Shown here piece by piece: positions 36,053 to 44,417 of a stretch of 64,000 nt of DNA. The translations under genes and the position numbers were made by a program. This stretch comes from an uncultured Actinotalea sp. Lineage in GTDB: Bacteria > Actinomycetota > Actinomycetes > Actinomycetales > Cellulomonadaceae. Numbering within the stretch: position 1 is the stretch's first letter; each line of letters begins with the position of its first letter. The stretch is taken from NCBI GenBank assembly GCA_964416715.1, contig CAYQFJ010000002.1, positions 15,523 to 79,522 on the forward strand. Reading direction: 5' to 3'. The notes below the pieces were generated by a model. It made no database searches. It was not told where the DNA came from and saw nothing but the letters and a program-made list of their open reading frames with translations.

Positions 36053-38830
36053 TCAGACCGCCCCGCCACCGCCCATCGTCCACAGCGTCGACGCCACCCA
36101 CTCCCCGACCGGGAAGCCGAAGCTGTTCACGATGTGGTGGGCGCGGAAGAAGGTGCACCGCAGGTCACCACCAGCCTGAGACCCGGAGACCAGCGACCCG
36201 GAGTCCGCGGCAGCCGAGCCGGACACCGACGTGGTGATCGAGAACCCCAGGTACGTCCCGCCCGTCGAGCCGACCGACGCATTCAGCCCGTCCCGGACGG
36301 CCCCCGCGCCCAGGTAGGCCGCGCATGTCCCCGATGGAGCCCCTGGTGTGGCACCGCCGGTGATCCACGGCTGCACCACGGTCACTGTCGGGCACGCACC
36401 CACGTACGAGTCCGGCCCCCACACCGTGTTGTAGCCGTCGGTGTTCGAGGTGCCCAGGCGGTACACCTGTCCCTGGTGGGAGCCCACTGCCAGACCAGAC
36501 CAGGACCGGCCGGTTGTCCACGCGCCGCCGTCGACCCGGTACCTTGCCGAGCCGGAGACCGTGTTGATCGTCAACGCGCCAGGAGCGTCTGTCGTCACGG
36601 CCGCGTACGAGCACGACGGTGTCGCCGGACGCCCCGGTGCCGGGAGCCGGTCGGTGGACACGGTCCGGGACGCGTCCACCGACTGCCACCCGTCCGAGAG
36701 CACCGACGTCACCACGTAGCTCCGGTTGTGGGTCAGCCCGGACCACCACCGGACGGTGCCGTTCACCGCACCGGAGACCCCGGCCAGCGTGGTCGTGGAC
36801 GTGACCCCGTTGGAGCCCGTGGGGTTTGGTGTCGTCGCGACGGTGACGCCGGCCTGGTGGGTCGGCACTGGCATCGTCGTCACCGCGCCCAAGCTCACCG
36901 CGAGTGTGGCGGTGGTGCCGGTGCAGGTGGTGTTCGCCGACCAGCCGCCGTTGGCCGGGGAGGCGTTGCGGGACGCGACTGTGAACGTGTGGGTCCTGGA
37001 GTGGGTCAGGCGGTCCACGGTCCAGGTGGTGCCGCTGATCTCACCGGCCCCGGTGGGTGACCCCGTCCCCCCGGTCAGTCGGTGGCGCAGGTAGGTGCCT
37101 TCGATCGGCTTGGGGTGGACGGTCACCGCCATCGACCGGGTGGGTGTGGTGGTCGCCGAGGTCGTGCAGGTGGGTGCTGGGGGTCGCTGCAGGGCGGTGC
37201 GGGTGGCCGACCACGGTGAGCACCCTGAGGTGTTGCATGTGCGGGCCTGGTACCAGTCGGTGGCCCCCGCGGTCCGGGACGTGTGGGACTTCGAGGTGGT
37301 GCCCCTGGGTACTTCACCGGACCCGGTCCACAGGTTCGCCCATGTGTCCCCGGACCGGTGGGTGCGGGTCTCCCAGCCGCGGTCCCGGTGGCCCTCACCA
37401 GTGACGGTGGCCGGGCCGTCGCCGGTCCAGCCGGCCGGTGACCAGGCCACGACGTTGGCCCAGGACGTGTTCGGGGTGACGGTCAACCCTGGTGCCTGGG
37501 GCGCGGTGAACGCTGCGGTCGTGTTCGACGGCAGGCGCTTGCCACCGGTGTAGGTCGCGTCCACCGATGACCCGGCCGCGACCCGTGCGTCGTCCCCGCC
37601 ACGGGTCAGGCGGTTCTCCCACCGGTTGACCGCAACCACCTGGTAGGTGTGGGCGTGCCCGTAGTCGCGGGTGTCCGTCCAGGATGTCGTGGTCCCCGAG
37701 CTGATCGTGCGGACCAGGGCCCCGTCACGGAAGACGTCGTACCCGGTGGCGCCGGTCGGGCGGTCCCAGTCGACCGTGATCGACGTGGCAGCGCCGTCGG
37801 CGGTGATGGTCGGTGGGGCGGGGCGGCGCCCGGTGACGACCTGGTTGGACTCAGGACCGACCCCGGTGGCGGTGTTGGCTCGCACCACGTACTGCACGGT
37901 GTGCCCGTCGGGGATGGACGTGTCGACGAACCACGTGTGGGTGGGGTCACCGATCCACGCGGCCTCGGTCCATGACGCCCGACCCGGGTCCCCGTCACCC
38001 ACCCCTTCAGGGTTGGAGATCCGCCACACCGTCCAGCTGGAGGTGACCGTGGGGGTGGGGTCGGCCCACTGCAGCACCGGGTAGTCCTTGCCCTCGACCT
38101 TGCCGGTCGCTTCGGGCACCAGTGGTGCGACGCCGTCGCAGCTGCCCGGCAGGCCGGCCCCGCGCAGGGACAGGCACAGCAACGGCTTGAGCGGGGTGAC
38201 GATGTCGCCCTCACCGGTGGCGATCTCACCTCGCCCGGTGAACGAGGCCCCGGAGGTCAGGGTCCGCACCCGGGTGTCGGGCTCGATCTGGGCTTGCAGG
38301 GTCCATTCGACCCGCTTGACCCGGTCGGGTTCGACCGGGTCGGGCAGTGCCGCGTCCGCGGCGGTGTCGAAGTAGGTGAAGGTCTGCGCGGCGACGTACA
38401 AGGTGGGGTGGGTCCCAACGTCGTTGGTGCCGACGGCGTTGTTCCCCACGAACCGGTCGGTGCGGGTGGATGAGGGTCCGTTGCACTCACGCTGCTCGAA
38501 GAACGTCGTCGTGACGGTGAGCCACTGCTGGGCGGTGTCGGCCGCCCACGCCCGCTCCATGCACTTGCCGTCCCGGACCACCTGGACCGTGAGCTGGTTC
38601 GGCTCGGCGACGGTGATCGCCTGAGCGTCGTTGACGTCGCGCAGCAGCTGGGTCGAGGCGTCCTGCATGTCGGCCCACAGGTTCGCGTCCCGCACCTGGG
38701 TCGTGGTGGACCGGTTGGCCCAGGCGATCGCCGAGATCGCCAGCGCGGCGACCACACCGACCAGGACCATCACCACCAGCAGCTCGGGCAGGCTGAAACC
38801 ACGGTCGTCCCGCACCCAACGGTTCCGCAT
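36053..38830 (-). CDS. Large pilin-like protein (prepilin motif and FnIII-like repeats)
   Basis: DDRG|FSLPELLVVMVLVGVVAALAI; FnIII-like ITVDWDRPTGATGYDVFRDG, YQVVAVN; GAGGAG RBS. Confidence 0.8.
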   Translation of the reverse strand: MRNRWVRDDRGFSLPELLVVMVLVGVVAALAISAIAWANRSTTTQVRDANLWADMQDASTQLLRDVNDAQAITVAEPNQLTVQVVRDGKCMERAWAADTAQQWLTVTTTFFEQRECNGPSSTRTDRFVGNNAVGTNDVGTHPTLYVAAQTFTYFDTAADAALPDPVEPDRVKRVEWTLQAQIEPDTRVRTLTSGASFTGRGEIATGEGDIVTPLKPLLCLSLRGAGLPGSCDGVAPLVPEATGKVEGKDYPVLQWADPTPTVTSSWTVWRISNPEGVGDGDPGRASWTEAAWIGDPTHTWFVDTSIPDGHTVQYVVRANTATGVGPESNQVVTGRRPAPPTITADGAATSITVDWDRPTGATGYDVFRDGALVRTISSGTTTSWTDTRDYGHAHTYQVVAVNRWENRLTRGGDDARVAAGSSVDATYTGGKRLPSNTTAAFTAPQAPGLTVTPNTSWANVVAWSPAGWTGDGPATVTGEGHRDRGWETRTHRSGDTWANLWTGSGEVPRGTTSKSHTSRTAGATDWYQARTCNTSGCSPWSATRTALQRPPAPTCTTSATTTPTRSMAVTVHPKPIEGTYLRHRLTGGTGSPTGAGEISGTTWTVDRLTHSRTHTFTVASRNASPANGGWSANTTCTGTTATLAVSLGAVTTMPVPTHQAGVTVATTPNPTGSNGVTSTTTLAGVSGAVNGTVRWWSGLTHNRSYVVTSVLSDGWQSVDASRTVSTDRLPAPGRPATPSCSYAAVTTDAPGALTINTVSGSARYRVDGGAWTTGRSWSGLAVGSHQGQVYRLGTSNTDGYNTVWGPDSYVGACPTVTVVQPWITGGATPGAPSGTCAAYLGAGAVRDGLNASVGSTGGTYLGFSITTSVSGSAAADSGSLVSGSQAGGDLRCTFFRAHHIVNSFGFPVGEWVASTLWTMGGGGAV

Positions 38831-38846
38831 CCTGCTCCTCAGCTCG

Positions 38847-38870
38847 GTGTATGTACAGAGTGCCATACAC
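38847..38870. promoter_or_regulatory. 24-bp imperfect palindromic operator
   Basis: GTGTATGTACAGAGTGCCATACAC, 16 nt before ATG 38830. Confidence 0.7.
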
Positions 38871-39070
38871 CTCGGAGGTCTTGGCCGTGAGATTGCCGCG
38901 TGTCGAGCACGGTTCGGGCTACTGGCTGGGCCGCTGTCGGGGCTCGGGCGTCATACAGCGACCAGCCTGACTGAGCCGCGGGGCGGAGTGCTCCGTCGGT
39001 GGTCCGTCGTCAGGTCCGTCGCCACTTGAAAGGTAATGGTTTGGCAAAGTCGGCTGGTGGGGGGGCTCTA

Positions 39071-39099
39071 TTACTCTCACGTGACACGTGAGTGAGTAA
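39071..39099. repeat. Inverted repeat in an AT-richer non-coding region
   Basis: TTACTCTCACGTG-A-CACGTGAGTGAGTAA. Confidence 0.6.
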
Positions 39100-39568
39100 G
39101 GGTGGACGGACCAAACGGACCAGTATTTCTCTCGCGTATGAGGGCAGGTACACACTCTGTGGTTCCAGGTGAGGCCCCTCGGGCGAGGAAGAGTATGTGT
39201 GTTCCTATAAGCGCTGGGGTGCAGCTCTAGTCCGTCGAAAACTCCGTCGGCCCATTTTGCGGTCTGACCTGCGAGAACACTCGTTCTGCCCGACGGACCT
39301 CGGCCGACGGACCCCGCCCTGGGCAGCTGGCCGGCCGCCCGTTCTTGGGTGTTCGCGCCACCTGTACGGTTCGCGCTCGGGGGCAGGGTGCCCGGTGTGC
39401 CCTGGTTTGCGTGGCTCAGGGCGGCCGGCGAGCTCGTTTCGGGGTGGTGCTTGACAGGTCCGGTAGGCTGCGACCGGTAGATCGACCCAGCGCACCCCTG
39501 GAACATCGACCCCACCCGTGCATCCCGCACGGCGCAGCGCACCGCTGCGGAAGGACGCAACGCCCCTC

Positions 39569-39576
39569 CCGCACAT
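39569..39576 (+). promoter_or_regulatory. CCGCACAT motif (C class)
   Basis: TCCCGCACAT + 9 nt + GTG 39586. Confidence 0.75.
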
Positions 39577-39585
39577 CACCCGGGC

Positions 39586-40212
39586 GTGAGCACCTCCACC
39601 ACTCCCGACCGCGCCACCCCTGCACAGCCGCGACTGCCCAAGGGCACGACGACTGGTGGACGCTTCGCCGTGACCACCCGCATCGAACCCGAGCTCGCCC
39701 TCGACGAGCCCGAACGGCTCCGTGACCGCTACGGGTTCCCCGTGGTCACCTGCGGCCGGTGCGCAGGGGTCGGGCGCCGGGGTTTCAACGCCGTCGACGG
39801 CGACCGGTGCTACGGCTGCGGCGGGAACGGGACCGTCCTGGCCCCCGAGGTCGCCCGTGACGTCGTCGCCGAGTTCGCTGCGGCACAGCGCGCCGCCACC
39901 CGCCCCAAGGTCCGCGAGCTGAAGGCCGGCGACGTCATCTCCAAGCCGTACACCAACCTCGAGGACGCCAAGTTCCGGCACGTCGTGCGAGTCCTGGTCG
40001 CACCCCACAGGCCCACAAGGTTCGAGAACCGCGAGGGCACCAGGCGACCCGTCGCGTTCGCTGCCGCGATCGACTACGACGACGGCGGCCGCGACGTCGT
40101 CACCACCGACTTCGTCTACGCACGACGAGGCTCAGAGGTCGACCCGGCACCCTTCGTCGCCAAGGCGACCCGGGCACACGGCAAGCCTCAACGGGCGCGC
40201 CGCACGGCCTGA
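39586..40212 (+). CDS. GGQF-tag protein 8 with a DnaJ-like CxxCxGxG zinc finger
   Basis: QPRLPKGTTTGGRFAVTTRIEPELAL; CGRCAGVG and CYGCGGNG. Confidence 0.7.
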   Translation: MSTSTTPDRATPAQPRLPKGTTTGGRFAVTTRIEPELALDEPERLRDRYGFPVVTCGRCAGVGRRGFNAVDGDRCYGCGGNGTVLAPEVARDVVAEFAAAQRAATRPKVRELKAGDVISKPYTNLEDAKFRHVVRVLVAPHRPTRFENREGTRRPVAFAAAIDYDDGGRDVVTTDFVYARRGSEVDPAPFVAKATRAHGKPQRARRTA

Positions 40213-40394
40213 CGACGCAACACACCAGCCACCACGTACGCCCCGGCAGCTACGGCCGCCAACCCGGCGATCGTCCAGCCCGACAGCACGAGCGCGTCAC
40301 GCCACAGCGCGACCAGCCCGGCCAGCACCAGCGTCCATCCGGCGACGCCAGGCCACGAGACACGGATGCTTCCCTGCGATGCGATGTCTTCCAT
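40188..40394 (-). CDS. Small two-TM membrane protein
   Basis: MEDIASQGSIRVSWPGVAGWTLVLAGLVALW...; start anchored by the motif. Confidence 0.55.
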   Translation of the reverse strand: MEDIASQGSIRVSWPGVAGWTLVLAGLVALWRDALVLSGWTIAGLAAVAAGAYVVAGVLRRQAVRRAR

Positions 40395-40403
40395 GGGGTG
40401 CAG

Positions 40404-40411
40404 ATGTGCGG
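40404..40411 (-). promoter_or_regulatory. CCGCACAT motif (TG class)
   Basis: GTGCCGCACAT + 9 nt + ATG 40394. Confidence 0.75.
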
Positions 40412-40455
40412 CACGCCTGCGCCACGCCCCGGCCTCACCCCGGCAGGATGGGCCC

Positions 40456-40944
40456 ATGGCTCGCCGACCGACCCGTGCGTACACCTGCGAGCTGTGCCCG
40501 CGACCGACGACCCGCCTGTTCGGGTTCATGCTCGTCGTCCGCCCCACCGGGCAGAACGCGGCACCGTCGATCCGCACAGCAGTCCACGGGTACTGCCTCC
40601 AGCACCGCGACCAGGTCGCTACCGGGTTCCCTTCCGCGATGCGTGAGCTCGGCGAGGTGGAGATGATCAGCGACCCGCCCGCCGAGCTGCGGTCCGACGA
40701 CGTCGCCGACTTCACCACCTTCGTCGACTTCGAACGCGCCCGGTTCATGCAGGAGCTCGGTGTACCCGTCCAGCCGTTCGACGGAACGCTGGACGACCCG
40801 CCTCACCAGTGCCCCCACTGCGGCGCCACCCTGGCGTGGGACGACGGACCGCACGTGCTCGAGGCATCCCAGCGCGACAACGCCAGGGCGTGGGTCTGCT
40901 CGGGGTGCGGCGCCGCGGGGATCCTCACCGGTCGCCCGGGCTGA
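40456..40944 (+). CDS. Zinc-finger hypothetical protein
   Basis: CELC...CLQH and CPHC...CSGC. Confidence 0.55.
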   Translation: MARRPTRAYTCELCPRPTTRLFGFMLVVRPTGQNAAPSIRTAVHGYCLQHRDQVATGFPSAMRELGEVEMISDPPAELRSDDVADFTTFVDFERARFMQELGVPVQPFDGTLDDPPHQCPHCGATLAWDDGPHVLEASQRDNARAWVCSGCGAAGILTGRPG

Positions 40945-40950
40945 CGAGCC

Positions 40951-41658
40951 TCACGCCTGCCGCTGCTGGAGGTGTCGCCGCGCCACCGACCGGACCGCCA
41001 TCGGTGACCACTGCTCTGCTCGGCGTGGCCGGTGACCGAGCTCGTCGAGCCGGCCGGCGATTCGCCGGTACGACCACCCGTCGCCACGCAGCGCGACGAT
41101 CAGCGCCACCGCTTCCTGCTCGCCGGGGTTGGGAGCCGCGTCACGCTCACGTCCCGACCCCTGGCCCCGATACCCATAGGCGTACTGACCCGTGGCGTGC
41201 TTGCCCGCCAACGCCTTGGCCCGACGCCCGTCCCTCATCCGTTTGACGATCTGGTGCCGCTCGTACTCGATCACCGCACCCATGACCTGGCGCACCAAGG
41301 TCCGGGCCGGGTCCTCGGGGTCTTCCTGGAGTACCTCTCCCCCGGTGGAGGTAAACACGCGTCCTCCCGCACGCCAGATCACGGCCAGCGCGGCCTCCTG
41401 GACCGTCAGCTTGCGGGCGAGGCGGTCGAGGTCGGCGATCACGATGCCGTCGACGGCCCCGAGCTGGTCGATCGCGGCGGCGAGCCCAGGCCGGTCCACC
41501 GCTTCGACCGTCCCGGAGACGCCCTCGTCGCGGTGCCACGTAACGATCTTGTGGCCATGCATCCGGGCCCAGGTGGTGATCGCGACTTCCTGCCGGTCCA
41601 GACCCCACGCGTCGACCTGCCCCGCGCTGGACACCCGGAGGTAGCCGACGAGCTTCAC
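40951..41658 (-). CDS. Serine recombinase (resolvase family)
   Basis: GYLRVSS catalytic motif, DEGVSG, RPGL, DLDRLAR; C-terminal SYRRIAGRL helix. Confidence 0.9.
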   Translation of the reverse strand: MKLVGYLRVSSAGQVDAWGLDRQEVAITTWARMHGHKIVTWHRDEGVSGTVEAVDRPGLAAAIDQLGAVDGIVIADLDRLARKLTVQEAALAVIWRAGGRVFTSTGGEVLQEDPEDPARTLVRQVMGAVIEYERHQIVKRMRDGRRAKALAGKHATGQYAYGYRGQGSGRERDAAPNPGEQEAVALIVALRGDGWSYRRIAGRLDELGHRPRRAEQWSPMAVRSVARRHLQQRQA

Positions 41659-41761
41659 TGCCGACCTCCTAGCCGCCTGACCTGGGGTGTAATCGAACCT
41701 CCGGGTCAGTTTACGGATCTGGCGGTGCCGACGTCCGCGATTGTTGACCTCCGGACGGGGC

Positions 41762-41820
41762 TGTCATGTTCTTGTGACACTTCGATGTGTCATCGTATTG
41801 CGACATCGTGTAGTGTCGCA
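41762..41820. promoter_or_regulatory. Palindromic operator-like sites upstream of hipBA
   Basis: TGACAC-N6-GTGTCA (41775-41792) and TGCGACA-N8-TGTCGCA (41799-41820). Confidence 0.55.
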
Positions 41821-41825
41821 GTACC

Positions 41826-42116
41826 ATGACACCCATGATGCACCGGCCTACCCGCAACGCCCTCGAGCTCGGAGCGGCACTCCGTGACGCCCGCCAAGCG
41901 CAGGGCTGGAGCCAAGCCCACCTCGCCCACACCGCCGGTGTCTCCCGGCAGCTCGTGGTCGAGGTCGAGCGCGGCAAGCGTCCCGGCGTCACGCTGTCCA
42001 GCGTCCTGGCCGTCACTCGCGCCCTGAACCTCGGGCTCACGCTCACGCCACTGCCCGACGACACACCCACCACCATCGAGCAGACACTCGATGAGCTCCT
42101 CGGCGGTGAGCGGTGA
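41826..42116 (+). CDS. hipB: HipB-like XRE helix-turn-helix antitoxin
   Basis: LGAALRDARQAQGWSQAHLAHTAGVSRQLVVEVERGK; coupled to hipA. Confidence 0.82.
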   Translation: MTPMMHRPTRNALELGAALRDARQAQGWSQAHLAHTAGVSRQLVVEVERGKRPGVTLSSVLAVTRALNLGLTLTPLPDDTPTTIEQTLDELLGGER

Positions 42117-43582
42117 ACCCCACGGACCACGACAGGCTCACCGTCCTGCTGTACGGGGCACCGGCAGGCGTCATCACCCGCACCGGGCACCGGCTCACGT
42201 TCAGCTACGACTCGGACTACCTCGCAAGCGCCAACCCCACTCCCCTGTCGCTGTCGATGCCCCTCGCAGCACAGCCGTACGCGAACCGGTACGTCGAGGC
42301 ACACCTGCGAGGTCTACTGCCCGATCATGCCGAGGTCCGCGCCCGGTGGGCGTCACACTTTGGACTGCGGGACCGGGACACCTTCGGTCTGATCCGCGCC
42401 ATCGGCACCGACACAGCCGGTGGGGCCATGTATGTCGCACCTGACGCCGTCGACGAGGCACGCAACGGTGCCGGCGGATACGAACCGTACTCCGAGGCGG
42501 CGATCGCCGACCGGTTGCGACGGTTGCGCGCCGACGACTCGGACTGGCTGGGCGACGACGAGCACTGGTCCCTGGCCGGCGGGCAAGGGAAGTTCACGGT
42601 CGCACGTGACGGCGACGCGTGGACCCGGCCGACCGGGTTCGCCCCTTCCACTCACATCGTTAAACCGGGCATCTCCCGGCTGCCCGCCCAGGCACTGACC
42701 GAGCACCTGTGCCAGGCGACCCTGCGTCGCGCCGGACTGGACGCGGCCGAGACCGCGTACGTGGAGTTCGAGGATCAGCCCGCGATCGTAGTCACACGGT
42801 TCGACCGTCGCGCGACCGAGTCCGGACGCATCGTCCGCGTCCACCAGGAGGACATGTGCCAGGCGTTCGCCCTGGACCCGTCCAAGAAGTACCCGTCCGA
42901 CGGTGGTCCATCCGTGCCTCGAATCGCACGGCTGCTGCAGACCGTGAACACCGCATCTACTGAACGGTTCGCTCGGGCCGTCATCGCGAACTACTTGATC
43001 GGGGCCCCGGACGCACACGCCAAGAACTACGCCGTCCTGCTTGCCGGCCGACATGCCGAGCTCGCTCCCCTGTACGACGTCGCTTCAGGTCTGGTGGTCG
43101 ACGCATCGGGGAGGCTGCGGTACGCCCGGGCGGCCATGTCGATCGGTGGGGAGAACCGGTTCGGTGAGGCTGAGACGCGCCACTGGCAGAAGTTCGCGAC
43201 CGCGTGCTCCCTCCCGTCCGAGCAGGTTGAGCAGATGGTGCGTGACCTCGCTGAACGCATTCCCGACGCGATGGCTGACGCCATCGCCGACATCCCGACT
43301 GCCGCACTGGGTCGTGACGTGTTGACGGGGCAGGTGCACCCCAGGGTGGCACGTCTGTGTGCGATCACCGCCGGGGCGTTCACCCGTTCCCGCAGGGTCG
43401 ACGGGCGGGTCGTCGCGCCCGCACTGAGTGAGCTGGAGAGTGTCGGGGCGCAGTCGCCCACGCCGGGGCCGGCAGCCGCTGGTGGCGACCAACCCCGTCA
43501 GCCGCGTGGTGTCCCCACGGGTGGTCAGTGGGCGGTTCGGTCCCGAGCAGAGTCGGAGGTCTTCCTCACCGGCGACGAGTAG
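42113..43582 (+). CDS. hipA: HipA-family Ser/Thr kinase toxin with a C-terminal GGQ(W) tag
   Basis: LSLSMP, GLLPD, SLAGGQGK, STHIVKP, RFDR, HQEDMCQA, DAHAKNY, LAPLYD. Confidence 0.93.
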   Translation: MNPTDHDRLTVLLYGAPAGVITRTGHRLTFSYDSDYLASANPTPLSLSMPLAAQPYANRYVEAHLRGLLPDHAEVRARWASHFGLRDRDTFGLIRAIGTDTAGGAMYVAPDAVDEARNGAGGYEPYSEAAIADRLRRLRADDSDWLGDDEHWSLAGGQGKFTVARDGDAWTRPTGFAPSTHIVKPGISRLPAQALTEHLCQATLRRAGLDAAETAYVEFEDQPAIVVTRFDRRATESGRIVRVHQEDMCQAFALDPSKKYPSDGGPSVPRIARLLQTVNTASTERFARAVIANYLIGAPDAHAKNYAVLLAGRHAELAPLYDVASGLVVDASGRLRYARAAMSIGGENRFGEAETRHWQKFATACSLPSEQVEQMVRDLAERIPDAMADAIADIPTAALGRDVLTGQVHPRVARLCAITAGAFTRSRRVDGRVVAPALSELESVGAQSPTPGPAAAGGDQPRQPRGVPTGGQWAVRSRAESEVFLTGDE

Positions 43583-43601
43583 TGGGGCGGCGCATCGGTG
43601 G

Positions 43602-44417
43602 TCAGGAAGCCGTGAGCCGGGCAAGGTCCAGCAGGACCCAGTTGCCTTCCTCCCCGTCCAGGTTCAGCACGTGCACGACTGTCGGGTGTGCACCGTCGTA
43701 CCGGTCGAGCCGGTAGACGCGGCGTTGGTGCCAGTGACCGGCGAACATCAGCCGCGGACGGGTCATGTTCACGGCGGCCCGCAGCAGGTCACGGCTCACC
43801 TTCGACTGTGCGTCGTCCCCGGGGTCGATCCGTGATGTGGCGGGAGGGGTGGCGCCCGTCGGGCAATCGTGGGCGACGAGCACATCCAACGGGTCTGACC
43901 CGAGAGTGTCGACGTCCTCAGGTTGCACTTCCTCGATGCGAGGCCACCAGTCCCTGCCGGGGGTGCGGTACCGGTGGTCGATGCTGAACGCCCCGCCGAG
44001 CGCACCGAACCGGACCTGCCGCCCGTCTACGCTCGGCCATGTCCAGCGGTGCCCACGCGGCGCCCACCGGATGAGGTCCAGGTCGTCGCCGCCCTTCATC
44101 TTGCTGCTGACCACCCCGAAGCCATCTGTGTCGCGCGGCAGGTCGCGCAGCGCGGTGTGGTTGTCGTGGTTCCCGTCGACGAACACCAGACGGACCCCGT
44201 GCCTTGCCAGGTGCTTGTTCAGCTTGAACGTGAACGTGCTCCCGGCGTCGCCGGGCCACAGCACGGCCAGGTCACCGACCTGCAGGATCGTGTCGATACC
44301 GAGCGCGGCTGCCTGCTCGATGACGTGCATCGCCCACGCGGTGTTGCCGTGCCAGTCCCCCGCAACAAGGATCCGACCACCCGTGGGCGGGGTCAGTGCT
44401 TCGATCCGCATGGTCAT
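43602..44417 (-). CDS. Calcineurin-like metallophosphoesterase
   Basis: GDWHG, QVGDL, DGNHD, AHD, GHWH. Confidence 0.9.
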   Translation of the reverse strand: MTMRIEALTPPTGGRILVAGDWHGNTAWAMHVIEQAAALGIDTILQVGDLAVLWPGDAGSTFTFKLNKHLARHGVRLVFVDGNHDNHTALRDLPRDTDGFGVVSSKMKGGDDLDLIRWAPRGHRWTWPSVDGRQVRFGALGGAFSIDHRYRTPGRDWWPRIEEVQPEDVDTLGSDPLDVLVAHDCPTGATPPATSRIDPGDDAQSKVSRDLLRAAVNMTRPRLMFAGHWHQRRVYRLDRYDGAHPTVVHVLNLDGEEGNWVLLDLARLTAS

